DNA of 64,000 nt, from positions 4,966 to 68,965 of the IMG/VR virus record IMGVR_UViG_3300042938_001476. The stretch is one strand, 5' to 3'. The stretch comes from a virus. The notes beneath the pieces are model-generated. The model saw only the letters and a list, made by a program, of their open reading frames with translations, had not been told where the DNA came from and ran no database searches. This document shows positions 18,590 through 28,699 of this stretch, in pieces; positions within the stretch are counted from its first letter, which is position 1; each line of letters begins with the position of its first letter. A program made the translations under genes and the position numbers.

Positions 18590-19140
18590 TTGTTAAAGCA
18601 AAATCTCAAATAGCAGAAGTAGATAAACTTGTTCAATACTGCAAGCAGTTAGATGGAACTGTCATCAAAATTATCCAGAATGACGAGAAGGTTACAAGCT
18701 ATCCAGAGCGTAACAATCATGCGTTGCAACAAGCGTTTAATGCAATGGGTGATGAATCTTTCATTTGGCTTGAACCTGACAGCATCCCACTGAAAGTAGG
18801 ATGGATTGCCGCGCTTGAGGAAGAGTATAATAAACTTGGCAAACACATTATGCTATCAAGCGATTCTAATCCACCACACGATATTGTTGGTGGAATCGGA
18901 GTGTATGGAGGTTTAGCAAGAAAACTAATTCCCGCTGGTATTAAACACGATGGATGGGACGGGTGGACAATAAAACACATTAAGCCACTGGTTGCCTTTA
19001 CTCCGCTGATCCAGCACACATATGGCAAATACGAGAAAGGAAGATGCAGCGAACATATCTTTCAAAGAGACAACCACATTATCCGAGAAGATGCTGTGAT
19101 CTTCCACCGAGATAAACAGCAGGGTTTAATTAATAGATAG
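18577..19140 (+). CDS. putative glycosyltransferase (GT-A-like)
   Basis: FIWLEPDSIP (ExD/DxD-like), GIGVY, AVIFH; paralogous features to 21361-22311. Confidence 0.5.
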   Translation: MQAVIVKAKSQIAEVDKLVQYCKQLDGTVIKIIQNDEKVTSYPERNNHALQQAFNAMGDESFIWLEPDSIPLKVGWIAALEEEYNKLGKHIMLSSDSNPPHDIVGGIGVYGGLARKLIPAGIKHDGWDGWTIKHIKPLVAFTPLIQHTYGKYEKGRCSEHIFQRDNHIIREDAVIFHRDKQQGLINR

Positions 19141-20926
19141 ACCGGAACTTACTGAACGCTTGTTTCCATCCGCCACTCGTTATCTTATTGTTCGTATTTA
19201 ACGCCTTTGTTGCTTGAGAGCTATCAAGGTTCAATCTTTCCCTTGCGAGAGCCAGTAGGCCCATTCCAGCGTCAGCAATGTCAGGTGAGATACCAAACCT
19301 TGATTTCATTTCAGATTTTGGCAGAACCTTAATGCGAAGTGCTAAATTTTTCTCACCATTTGGATCAAGTTTCCTCATGCACATTTCACGCAGTAACTCA
19401 TCTCCGATTCCCTTAACTTGCCCAGTCCTCATATATTCTTTTGCTGAATACCAAATTTCCGATACGGAGTTAACATACCTTTCGTGAGATGGCGTTGGAT
19501 CATAGGCTGAAACTGGATTATCAGATGCTCGTCCACCAAATTGCAGACCATATACATCTTTTGACCATGCTACCGAGATAAAATCTCCCAATGGCCCACC
19601 AGCACCTGACTTATCATATCCAGCATTTTTTGGTTGAACCCCCCGTGACACACATTCATTTCTGAACCATTGCACTACTTGCTGTGATCTTGTAAGTGAT
19701 TTGTCTGTAACATCCTCACTGAACACAAGAAATTCGTCATACTGAAGACCTCGATATCCATGGGGTTCTGCCAGCTTACCAACAGTTCCAAAGTATAAAA
19801 CAGTTCGATCTCCTCCATTCGTAAACGAAGGATCAAGAAATGCTACTTTTGTTTTGTCATTATCCAGCCATATTGCTTTTTCGGTGGCCTTTGAATTTAA
19901 GATTTCTACTTCGGAGTAAATTTGATCTGTAATCCCTGCTGGACACCAGAAACCTCGATACATCCTCCAGAATGAAGAAGTATTTTTAGCGTCCTCTGGA
20001 ATCTTTTCAAAGTCTGCTGGCCCTTCCATCCATGAGTAAATTTTCTTTCTTGCAACCATGTTAGGATTCTTCAATCCATCAAAGTGCAAACATACTCCAC
20101 GATCCGTTTTCCACTCTTCATCGTCTACATCAATTGAATCCCATCCTTCTTTTGGTTTAGCAAACTTGCCAAAAGCATCAACATACGAGGCTGGATTTGA
20201 AATACCTATGAACTGGAAGTGTTCGCAACCCTTAGACAAGTTGAAGAACGCAACTTCAGTAATAGCCTCGGATAACTCTGACAACTCATCAGCCACAAAG
20301 ATTACATTCTTATTGTGGATGCCCTGCATCTTACCAGTAGCATCACGCTCTTTTTTCTTCTCGCCAGGGATCAGCACAATACCGGAAAGGTCTGATCGCT
20401 TTCCATCTCGACCTACATAACTGATTTTGTTTTCAGAATCAACCAGATGCCCTGGCAGTCCAAGTTGTTCACACACCCCCCAGTACCGAGTAATCTTACC
20501 CCAAATACGCTGCTTAGATGCTTTAATTGTAGTTGATGTTGCGAGGACTGTGGTGTTCTCTGGATCGGCAAGGTAGTTAACAATAGCCCATATTGCGTAT
20601 GCTTCTGATTTACCGCAACCACCGGAACCAGCTATTGCGAGATACTCATGTTCACAAGCTGCACGAATCATTTGCTCTGCCCAAGGATGCCAAATAAAAT
20701 GCACTGTAGCTTTAGTATCCCGCTCTGGCCAAAAGGCTCTGGCTATTCTTTGAAAGTGGTGAAATGTATCAACGCCACCAATATCTTTTGGAATCCTTTT
20801 CGTTATCTTCTCTCGGAACATAGCTAACTCAATAGCTATTTGGTGTGTGTTTTTTCGCCAGTTAAACCCATATTGGTGCAGGTAGCCTTCCATGGGATCG
20901 CCAAAAATCGGAACAGAATTCATCAA
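19130..20926 (-). CDS. terL: terminase large subunit
   Basis: Walker A GSGGCGKS, Walker B IFVADE, ISNP coupling motif, RNase H-like FLDPSF..GGDRT and SPDIAD. Confidence 0.9.
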   Translation of the reverse strand: MMNSVPIFGDPMEGYLHQYGFNWRKNTHQIAIELAMFREKITKRIPKDIGGVDTFHHFQRIARAFWPERDTKATVHFIWHPWAEQMIRAACEHEYLAIAGSGGCGKSEAYAIWAIVNYLADPENTTVLATSTTIKASKQRIWGKITRYWGVCEQLGLPGHLVDSENKISYVGRDGKRSDLSGIVLIPGEKKKERDATGKMQGIHNKNVIFVADELSELSEAITEVAFFNLSKGCEHFQFIGISNPASYVDAFGKFAKPKEGWDSIDVDDEEWKTDRGVCLHFDGLKNPNMVARKKIYSWMEGPADFEKIPEDAKNTSSFWRMYRGFWCPAGITDQIYSEVEILNSKATEKAIWLDNDKTKVAFLDPSFTNGGDRTVLYFGTVGKLAEPHGYRGLQYDEFLVFSEDVTDKSLTRSQQVVQWFRNECVSRGVQPKNAGYDKSGAGGPLGDFISVAWSKDVYGLQFGGRASDNPVSAYDPTPSHERYVNSVSEIWYSAKEYMRTGQVKGIGDELLREMCMRKLDPNGEKNLALRIKVLPKSEMKSRFGISPDIADAGMGLLALARERLNLDSSQATKALNTNNKITSGGWKQAFSKFRSIY

Positions 20927-20965
20927 AAAAAGATTACAATAAATTTGAATTATCGCAAATAGTTA

Positions 20966-20993
20966 TTGCAATAAAGTTGGTGTCTGTTAATTT
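20966..20993 (+). promoter_or_regulatory. sigma70-like promoter for the portal operon
   Basis: TTGCAA-N16-TAATTT with TGn extension, in the 76-bp gap between divergent genes; overlaps palindrome TTATTGCAATAA. Confidence 0.4.
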
Positions 20994-21002
20994 TGCTGGG
21001 AC

Positions 21003-21359
21003 ATGACATTCTTACAAGAGTTAGGGTTTCAAAAAACAAAGTCAGAGATTTTCATTGACGAGAAGCGACCAGACATTGACTTTAATATTATTGTAACACC
21101 AGAAGATTATGCTAATGGAACTAAACACAATCCTACTAAATCTCCGCTTGCTATTGCTACATCAAGGGCAATTGAGGGAAGTGGATTCGTGTTGGATCGG
21201 GCAGGCTTTAAGGTTATCATTATTTCTCGCGGCATTTATGAGTATGGTTTCTTTATGCCTCGGAGGGTGTGGCGGAAGGTAAATTGCCAAGAGTTTGTGG
21301 ATGAGTGTTCGCCAATGCACTCAATAAAATTTAAGGCAACATTCACAATGCTATTTTAA
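21003..21359 (+). CDS. hypothetical protein
   Basis: 118-aa ORF heading the portal operon. Confidence 0.55.
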   Translation: MTFLQELGFQKTKSEIFIDEKRPDIDFNIIVTPEDYANGTKHNPTKSPLAIATSRAIEGSGFVLDRAGFKVIIISRGIYEYGFFMPRRVWRKVNCQEFVDECSPMHSIKFKATFTMLF

Positions 21360-21360
21360 T

Positions 21361-22311
21361 ATGAAGCTAACAATACCAGTATCAAGGCATGATCGTCACT
21401 TGATCCCAAACCTCGTTAAGTCCATTGAATCCTTTAAGCCTGGCACAGACCATGAGCTTATTATCTTTGGATCACGCGAAGTTGAGCAAGATGTTTTGGA
21501 ACTTGAAAAGAAAATCAAGCATCTGTTTGTTTCTTCTGAAACACTGATTATTAATGACACGATGTTGGGATGGCCAATGTCATGCAACTTTTACTTCCAG
21601 CAGTTATGCAGACATATCTCCGGTAAGAAAGACACTGATGCATTTATGTGGTTTGAGCTTGATACCACAATTATTAAGTCTAATTGGTTAGATGTAATTG
21701 CTGATGAATACTATGCGGACACAACGAAAGCAATTAAGGAAAAGCGTCTACCATCTATTTACCTTGGTGCAAGAGAGCGTGTTTATGAAGGAAAGAATGG
21801 CGAGCTACTACCGGAATCGCTTGCCGGACAACGTATGGCTCCGATTGGAGTGTATTCCAAGGAAATATGCCTTTCTCCTGTATTGAATTCTTTGTCTCTT
21901 ACAAACAGACATTGGACGCATGTTATCCAATGGTATGTTGTTAAAAGATTAAAGAACTCTCAATTAATTCAAAACAACTGGCGTACAAAAAACTATCGCC
22001 ATGAACAAAATAACATTGTATGTGATTCAGATGCCAATTTAGCTTGGGACATTCATTGGAATAATCTATTGAATGATAACGCTGTTCTTGTACACGGGTG
22101 TAAGGATAGTTCACTCTTCAAGTTATTGTTGGACAATAATAATAACGATATGAAAATGATAAAGAACTTGTCGGTTGAAGATGCGGAAGACATTGTGGAT
22201 GATATTGAAGATGTTTCGGACTTGGACGCAGAGAAACAAACGAAGATATATAAGCAACGCGCATCTAACCTAAAGTTCCTCAAGAAAAACAAAAAGGAAA
22301 CTGAAGAATGA
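21361..22311 (+). CDS. putative glycosyltransferase (GT-A-like)
   Basis: MKLTIPV start, GWP..CN, FMWFELDTT, IGVY, AVLVHGCKD. Confidence 0.55.
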   Translation: MKLTIPVSRHDRHLIPNLVKSIESFKPGTDHELIIFGSREVEQDVLELEKKIKHLFVSSETLIINDTMLGWPMSCNFYFQQLCRHISGKKDTDAFMWFELDTTIIKSNWLDVIADEYYADTTKAIKEKRLPSIYLGARERVYEGKNGELLPESLAGQRMAPIGVYSKEICLSPVLNSLSLTNRHWTHVIQWYVVKRLKNSQLIQNNWRTKNYRHEQNNIVCDSDANLAWDIHWNNLLNDNAVLVHGCKDSSLFKLLLDNNNNDMKMIKNLSVEDAEDIVDDIEDVSDLDAEKQTKIYKQRASNLKFLKKNKKETEE

Positions 22312-24614
22312 GCGATGCATTAGAAACACTTTCAAAAGAAGGAACACCTCCAACGTCGAGGATAAAAGACGCAAGGTCAGCTTATGAGATTTGGGAGACA
22401 CTACGACGAGCGGATGCCGTTTCGTCTTTTGACCGCAGTAAGATTGATGCTGCGTATGATAACGAAAGACCATACGACGAAAGAGCGTTGATCAATGCAG
22501 GGCAGTCATACAGGGTGAATGTATCTTGGGGGTTTGCAAAGCAAGTCCTTGACACTGCAATGGCGGGATATACCGACATTATCAATGCACCACAAACATT
22601 TTTTTCATGCCCTACACTTTACGGGACACAGACAGAAAATGATGAGTTGTCTCAGGTTGTAGCTCAAGAGGTAACTGCCGCTATCCGGTCTTGGCGTAAC
22701 TTCTTTCCAACATACCTTAAGCTTTGCAATAGCTTTATTAAGCATGGCGTTGGAGTTGTAATGTTCAACGATGAGTGGGATTGGCGCTGGAAGTCTACAG
22801 ATATGTCGGACTTCAAGATTCCTCGCAAGACAGAGATTGGGCAGGACAATATCGATGTGGCTGCTTGCCTACGTTTCTATAGCCCTACACAACTCTATCA
22901 ACTTATTAAAGACGAGGAGACAGCAAAAATCCACGGGTTCAATATTGAGGCTTGTCGCAGGTCAATTATCCAATCTGTAAACAATAACAACAATTACTCA
23001 AACTTCAGACAATATGATTGGGAGAAGCTTGAGATGGAACTAAGGAACAATGACCTGTTCTTTACTACACAGGCTGCAAACCAACAGTCAATTCGCGTAG
23101 TTCATTTGTGGGTAACTGAATTTGATAATCGTGTATCGCATTACATGATTAACGACGATAACTCCGTGCAGGATTTCCTATTCAAGAAGGTAGGCAGGTT
23201 TGAAAATAGTTATCAGGCATACACCGTATTCACCTATGGCGTTGGAACAAACGGCTACTATCATGGCGTAAGAGGTCAAGGATATGATGTCTTTGCAATC
23301 AATGGTGCTTTGAATCGCGCATACTGCTCATTGCTTGAGATTGCATCGTTTGGTTCTGCGCCAACATTCCAACCTAAAGATGAGACTGCATTGCAAGAGA
23401 TGCAGTTTATCCCAAATGGAATTTATAATTTGCTTTCGCCAGGAATTGAGGTCATTAAGGATACTATAATTCCTAATGTTTCCAGCGGAACCTTGCCAAT
23501 TGTGAGTGCATTCACTCAACTCTTCCGTGAAAGAACGGCAAGTTATAATACGGAATCCTTGGTAAACACATCGGTTGAGAAGTCCGCTACACAAGTACGC
23601 GCTGAACTTAGCAATATTGCTAAAATGAGCGTGTCAAGTTTGAACCTTTTCTTTGATCCATGGGAATCATTGATGCGAGAGATGGTGCGTAGACTAAAAC
23701 GCAAAGACTATGATGCCCGTGAACCTGGAGGCAAGCAAGTGATTGAACTTCATAAGCGTCTTCTCCGTAGGGGTTCTGAATCGTTTGGTGCAAAGGATAG
23801 ATATCTCCAAGCCTTCTTTGATCTTGATGTGGATAGGCTGCGTATTACAAAGCCAGTAGGAGCCGGATCAGAGGCGGCTCGTATGGTTTCCTTTGATCGA
23901 CTCATGGGAATCTTTGGTAGCCTTCCAGACTTTGGTAAACAAAACCTTATTTGGGATATTGCTTCTGAAACCGCAGGGTATGAGAATGCTGCTCGTTATG
24001 CCATTCAGCCAGGTGACTCTGAGCGTCCTACTATTGATGCATCCATCGCGCAAATTGAGAACAATCAACTAATTGCAGGCAGCAATATACAAGTTCTTGA
24101 TGGTCAGAACAACCTTGTTCACGCCAAGATTCATGTTGAGGCACTTAATCCTTTGGTTACTCAAGCGCAAGAATTGCTTGAACTTGATCCAATGCAGTTA
24201 GCCCCAATGCTTGGTGGTATTAATGCGCTTAATGCTCATGTTGCCCAGCATGTGGAACTACTATCTCAAGACCCGCAAATGCGTAGCGAGTCGGCAATGT
24301 TCCGTCAGGTTCTTCAGAATGCAGACGAGATTCTTCACAATGGCACTCTGAAGGTTCAGAAGCTTATGGCTCAACAACAGCAGCAAACTATGATGCAAGG
24401 TGGAGCAGAGCAAGAGCAGGCTCAACCTCAAATTGATCCTGCGGTCTTGGCAAAGATTGATTCCGAAAGATCAATCCGGCAAGCAAAGCTTGAGATGGAT
24501 ATGCAGACACACCAACAAAAAATGATAATGCGTCAACAAGAAGCATCGCAAAAATTAGCATTGAGAGATGCCGAAGTTGCAAGTAAAATTCAAACACAAG
24601 GAATCAGGGCATGA
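22308..24614 (+). CDS. portal protein
   Basis: 768 aa, between terminase and scaffold/capsid genes; HGVGV, KSATQV and Q/M-rich C-terminal barrel as in P22/T7-type portals. Confidence 0.8.
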   Translation: MSDALETLSKEGTPPTSRIKDARSAYEIWETLRRADAVSSFDRSKIDAAYDNERPYDERALINAGQSYRVNVSWGFAKQVLDTAMAGYTDIINAPQTFFSCPTLYGTQTENDELSQVVAQEVTAAIRSWRNFFPTYLKLCNSFIKHGVGVVMFNDEWDWRWKSTDMSDFKIPRKTEIGQDNIDVAACLRFYSPTQLYQLIKDEETAKIHGFNIEACRRSIIQSVNNNNNYSNFRQYDWEKLEMELRNNDLFFTTQAANQQSIRVVHLWVTEFDNRVSHYMINDDNSVQDFLFKKVGRFENSYQAYTVFTYGVGTNGYYHGVRGQGYDVFAINGALNRAYCSLLEIASFGSAPTFQPKDETALQEMQFIPNGIYNLLSPGIEVIKDTIIPNVSSGTLPIVSAFTQLFRERTASYNTESLVNTSVEKSATQVRAELSNIAKMSVSSLNLFFDPWESLMREMVRRLKRKDYDAREPGGKQVIELHKRLLRRGSESFGAKDRYLQAFFDLDVDRLRITKPVGAGSEAARMVSFDRLMGIFGSLPDFGKQNLIWDIASETAGYENAARYAIQPGDSERPTIDASIAQIENNQLIAGSNIQVLDGQNNLVHAKIHVEALNPLVTQAQELLELDPMQLAPMLGGINALNAHVAQHVELLSQDPQMRSESAMFRQVLQNADEILHNGTLKVQKLMAQQQQQTMMQGGAEQEQAQPQIDPAVLAKIDSERSIRQAKLEMDMQTHQQKMIMRQQEASQKLALRDAEVASKIQTQGIRA

Positions 24615-24949
24615 CACAAAGACAACTATTTCAACTAAATTCAGACAAGGTATCAACGCTTGAATCATTATTGGAAATGCCAATATTTAAAGAGGCAGTT
24701 ACCATAGTAAGGCAAGAATGTTCACCTAAAGCACCAACAGACATCGAGGCAGCTAAGTCAATCGGGGCTGAAGATTTCATTAATAAGTTGACTCTTTTAA
24801 CAAGAGTGAACCAAAAGAAGTTGAATGATTTGGACAAAGAGTATATTGTTCAAGCGCGAAGAAAGCTTTTGTCTACTGGGCTATATACAGAAGACGAAAT
24901 ATTGGAGGCTGAACGGCTTTCAATGGGAGTAAACAATCAACAAGAATAA
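24611..24949 (+). CDS. hypothetical protein
   Basis: 112 aa, ATGA-coupled to portal. Confidence 0.6.
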   Translation: MTQRQLFQLNSDKVSTLESLLEMPIFKEAVTIVRQECSPKAPTDIEAAKSIGAEDFINKLTLLTRVNQKKLNDLDKEYIVQARRKLLSTGLYTEDEILEAERLSMGVNNQQE

Positions 24950-25072
24950 CATTATGAAAAACAAAGAAACAGTAGTTAAAGCACCAGCAACTTCCAGCAA
25001 GAAAACGAGCGTTGGAACCAAGAACAAATCTTGGGGCGACCGTCATCGTGCGGGAATCAAGAAATAAGTAAT

Positions 25073-26233
25073 ATGTCAGAACAAACACAAGAAGCACCAA
25101 CAACAACAGACTCGGCAATCTCTAATTTAAAGAGTGCGCTGACATCCATTGCTAACAATGACCTCGCTGTCCAGCCACCGAAGGAGAGTAAGCCTATTGA
25201 GCCTACTCAACCTTCACCAGCAACAGAAGCAAAACAAGAAACGCAGGCCGAATCTGCTGGAGGAAATGAGGAAAATAAAGTTGAAGCTACTACTAAAGAT
25301 GTTCAGTCCGAAGTAGAGCCAACTGAAGACAAGGCTAAGATTCGCTGGAAGGAATTGAAGCAAGCAGAGACTGAACTTAAAACCGCACAGCGAGAACTTG
25401 CAGAACTTAAAGCCAAAGGGGAAGAATATGAGCAAGCCGCAAGTGAAGTATCTGAACTTAAAGAACAACTTGAAGCTATTCAGCAAGAGCGTGAAGCACT
25501 TGATGGTGAGCTTTATCTAACAAGGGTTCAGTCAACAAGGGAGTGGAAGCAATACATTGCAGAACCTCTAAGCCAAATTATTCAAGACGCAGAGTTTTAT
25601 TCCCAAAGAAATAAGACTGATGCTGGAGAGCTTATCAATGCACTTCAAGCTGATAGCAATGGTGATCCAGCACAACTTGAAAACCTAATCTCCGATTGGT
25701 CTGAACGGGATAAAACAAAAGTTTGGGCATTGGCAGATAACTTGCTTCAGATCGAAAAGCGTAAGGGGGAACTTGAAACAAATTCAAAGGCTGCATACGA
25801 GGCTTCTATGGAGCGGCAAGGCAAGGAACAGCAGGATCAATACAAGCAATATATTGCTCAAAGAGAAACTGCTGTGAGTGAAGTTTTGCCAAAGATCAGC
25901 GAAAAGGTATTTAGTCTTTTGCCGGAAGATAAGAGGCCGGACATGAACAAGCTCCAACAAGAAGTAATGGGTTACGATGAGTGGCCAGAAAACCTCAAGG
26001 TTTACGGAATTCTTGGCGCAACTGTCCTTCCTGACTTGGTTGATCAGATTACTTCACTACAGAAAGAGTTGAGTGATGCCAAGGAAAACAATGTGAAGCT
26101 CCGTGGTGGCGCTCCTGCTGCTGCTGGTGGCAATTCACCAAGGACTCCAAATGAAACATCAAAGTCAGTTGACTACACTAAAGTAGATACTGATGATTTT
26201 GTTAAGAGTCTTGTAAGTCGGATTTCTGGTTAA
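25073..26233 (+). CDS. capsid scaffolding protein
   Basis: Acidic, long coiled coil, low-complexity N-terminus, between portal and major capsid. Confidence 0.7.
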   Translation: MSEQTQEAPTTTDSAISNLKSALTSIANNDLAVQPPKESKPIEPTQPSPATEAKQETQAESAGGNEENKVEATTKDVQSEVEPTEDKAKIRWKELKQAETELKTAQRELAELKAKGEEYEQAASEVSELKEQLEAIQQEREALDGELYLTRVQSTREWKQYIAEPLSQIIQDAEFYSQRNKTDAGELINALQADSNGDPAQLENLISDWSERDKTKVWALADNLLQIEKRKGELETNSKAAYEASMERQGKEQQDQYKQYIAQRETAVSEVLPKISEKVFSLLPEDKRPDMNKLQQEVMGYDEWPENLKVYGILGATVLPDLVDQITSLQKELSDAKENNVKLRGGAPAAAGGNSPRTPNETSKSVDYTKVDTDDFVKSLVSRISG

Positions 26234-26259
26234 CATTTGCGTCTGGTGTAGATGCTAAG

Positions 26260-26293
26260 TAGAGCGGGATTAAAAACCCCGCTCTATTTTTTT
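26260..26293 (+). terminator. rho-independent terminator
   Basis: tagagcggg/cccgctcta stem followed by T7. Confidence 0.85.
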
Positions 26294-26329
26294 GTTGATT
26301 CCAAGTTGTATTTTGTTTAATTAAATTTT

Positions 26330-27190
26330 ATGAAAGAAGAACTAAAAAAATCTCTTAAAGAGCTTTATAAAAAGAATCCATTTGCTGAAAAATTATCAGA
26401 CAAGGAAGCATATTATCGCGCAGTAAACAAAGAGGCTTTTGAAGATTACCTAAAAAACAAGGTTGTTAGGGGTAATCCGAAGGGTAGTGAAAAGGGAGCA
26501 TTTATGTTTGGCGGCAAATTAATGAAAAGGGGAACCCCATTTCCCGCCTTTCAAAAGGGAAAAATTCTTGAGCAATATTTACCAAAATCTGGCGAGGGAT
26601 ATATTTTTGAATCAAAAAGGCCAATGGTAGCAAGGGGCGAAATAAACCCAGTTAGGGGTGGAACGCAATTAGGCGGGGGTCACTTTGCACATAGACCATA
26701 CGATCCATTTACTGGAAGCACGGTTAAAGAATTAAATGCAGCAGAAGTTCGTGCGTTTGAAGGTAAGCCTAATCCAATTATGGGATACAAAGAAGTTGGC
26801 AAGGGTTATCCTGCTGTTCAAGCAGCCAAACAATCTTTGGCAAGAACGGCAAGAGGTGTTGCAAAAGGCGTTGGCTCCGCTGCATTGGCTGGAGCCGCAT
26901 CCGCTGCCGTAGAGCCTATTGCTGAAGCGGCAATGCAAAAATATGAAGAGACAATGGGATATGAAACTCCAGACCCTAAATCTACAGCCGGAAGATTACG
27001 CGCATTAACTATAGGGGGTGGGCCTCTTGCTGCCCCGTATGAGGTTGGAAAAGCAGCAACTGAACTTGTTACTGATATTATTCCGTCAGCAACACAACTT
27101 GCTTACGAAAAATTTATTGAATCTCCTGCAAGGGAGAAAAGAATAAAAGAGCGTACGCAGCAAAAAAAATCAGATAAAAAGAAATCTTAA
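26330..27190 (+). CDS. hypothetical protein, moron-like insertion between scaffold and capsid
   Basis: 286 aa, basic; follows a terminator and a TTGATT..TAATT promoter-like sequence. Confidence 0.6.
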   Translation: MKEELKKSLKELYKKNPFAEKLSDKEAYYRAVNKEAFEDYLKNKVVRGNPKGSEKGAFMFGGKLMKRGTPFPAFQKGKILEQYLPKSGEGYIFESKRPMVARGEINPVRGGTQLGGGHFAHRPYDPFTGSTVKELNAAEVRAFEGKPNPIMGYKEVGKGYPAVQAAKQSLARTARGVAKGVGSAALAGAASAAVEPIAEAAMQKYEETMGYETPDPKSTAGRLRALTIGGGPLAAPYEVGKAATELVTDIIPSATQLAYEKFIESPAREKRIKERTQQKKSDKKKS

Positions 27191-27245
27191 TTATTGTTAA
27201 AAATAATGCTTGCTTATTTTAACAGCGTAACCTATTTGTCGAAAT

Positions 27246-27399
27246 GCAAGTTGTAAGACTTGTTTAAAAATCTTACATGGATCGCTGATTCCTTAACATC
27301 AGTAAATAAATTGAGCTTATAAATCCGAAAGGTCTTTGAGGTGGCTCACCAAAGAAAAATAACACAATTACATTTGGCAACTTAAAAGCTCTTGTAATT
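27246..27399 (+). promoter_or_regulatory. multi-hairpin 5' leader of the major capsid gene
   Basis: Stems tgtaaga/tcttaca, ctgat/atcag, tctttg/caaaga, aattaca/tgtaatt within 150 nt. Confidence 0.5.
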
Positions 27400-27433
27400 C
27401 ACAACCAAACTTAAAATAGAAAGATAAAAAAAT

Positions 27434-28621
27434 ATGTCTCAGTATAATCTCGCTGATGTAAATAATCAGCTTCAACAGGAAGCCGGACGAATCGGTGAAA
27501 TGATTTCGTCCAAACTCATCGCAACTGACCCTTGGAATCGTCTTATCAAACAAGACAACTTCCCTGCTGGAATGGGCGAATCCATTCAGACTCTTATCCA
27601 AGAGCGCACAACTGTTCCTAACGCATCCTCGACTGCGTGGGAAGATGTTGGAACTAATGATGGCACTGGCAATACTTGTAACCCAACACCACAGGTTGTT
27701 GAGTTTGCTCGTACTCTCAAGAGCTACAACCTGCAACAGTCCGCTATCCGTTCCCCTGGCTTCTGTGTGAATGATCTTCGCACCGCTTGGAAGGCTGAAG
27801 AGCAGCTTGCTGGTGAAGTTAAGGTTCTTAAAGAAAACTCCCAGTGGTTCTGGAGCAATCGTTATCGTGATGAATTTTCTCGTCTCGCTGGCAACAAGGT
27901 TGTTACTGATGTTAACGACTCGTTGGCAATGTCCACAAGCGGATCGAACCAAGCGTTCCCTGCTGCGGCTCCTGCTTATGCGCTCGACCAAGGTATCCTC
28001 GATCAGTTCTATCTTGATCTCTCCCGTGATGCGGCTGAAGGTCATTATGCAATGGTTGATGGTGAACCTCAGTACGGTCTCATCTGCTCGCCAGAAACAA
28101 GCAACTACCTCAAGAAACAGAATGCCGATATCCGTCAGGACTTGCGCTTCTCTTCACAGGTTGATGAGCTTATCAAGCCATTCGGCGCTGCATTCAGCTA
28201 CAGTGGCTTTGTCCACTTGGTTGATCGTCAGGCTCCTCGCTACGACTTCGTTGATGGCGCGTTCGTTCGTGTGCCGTTCTTCAGCACTGCCCCTGCCAAC
28301 ACTGGCAACAAGGCTGTTGTGAACCCAGCATACCGCACTGCCCCATATGAAGTTAGCTTCATCTACAACCCCCATGTTTATACTTCGCGTGTTGCACAGG
28401 TTATTACAAGCCCAGGTTCCGGCCTAAAGTTTGATCCCGTTAACTATCGTGGTGAGTTCATGTGGATCAACAACAAGGATAATGCGAACAACATCCTTGG
28501 TGTGAATGGTTACTTCTACGCTCTGTTCATGCAGGGTTCACAGCCAAAGCGCACTGAGTGGGGTTATGCTATCATGCATCTCCGTTGCTCACCAGCTACG
28601 CTGTATCAATCCTGCTCCTAA
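27434..28621 (+). CDS. major capsid protein
   Basis: 395 aa; strong high-expression codon bias (cgt, ttc, aac); follows scaffold and is followed by a terminator; FPAGMG N-terminal segment. Confidence 0.85.
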   Translation: MSQYNLADVNNQLQQEAGRIGEMISSKLIATDPWNRLIKQDNFPAGMGESIQTLIQERTTVPNASSTAWEDVGTNDGTGNTCNPTPQVVEFARTLKSYNLQQSAIRSPGFCVNDLRTAWKAEEQLAGEVKVLKENSQWFWSNRYRDEFSRLAGNKVVTDVNDSLAMSTSGSNQAFPAAAPAYALDQGILDQFYLDLSRDAAEGHYAMVDGEPQYGLICSPETSNYLKKQNADIRQDLRFSSQVDELIKPFGAAFSYSGFVHLVDRQAPRYDFVDGAFVRVPFFSTAPANTGNKAVVNPAYRTAPYEVSFIYNPHVYTSRVAQVITSPGSGLKFDPVNYRGEFMWINNKDNANNILGVNGYFYALFMQGSQPKRTEWGYAIMHLRCSPATLYQSCS

Positions 28622-28635
28622 GAGCTAACAGATCA

Positions 28636-28677
28636 AGCGCGGGGAGGTATTGAGCTTCCCCGCGCTAATCTCTTTTT
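28636..28677 (+). terminator. rho-independent terminator
   Basis: agcgcggggag/ttccccgcgct stem then tcttttt after the capsid stop. Confidence 0.8.
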
Positions 28678-28699
28678 GTAACTTTAACGAAAGACAACT

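Noticed and set aside
27368-28045. 225-aa antisense ORF over the capsid gene, and similar shadows across the giant gene, portal and dnaB
   Set aside because: No recognisable motifs; explained by codon bias of the sense gene.
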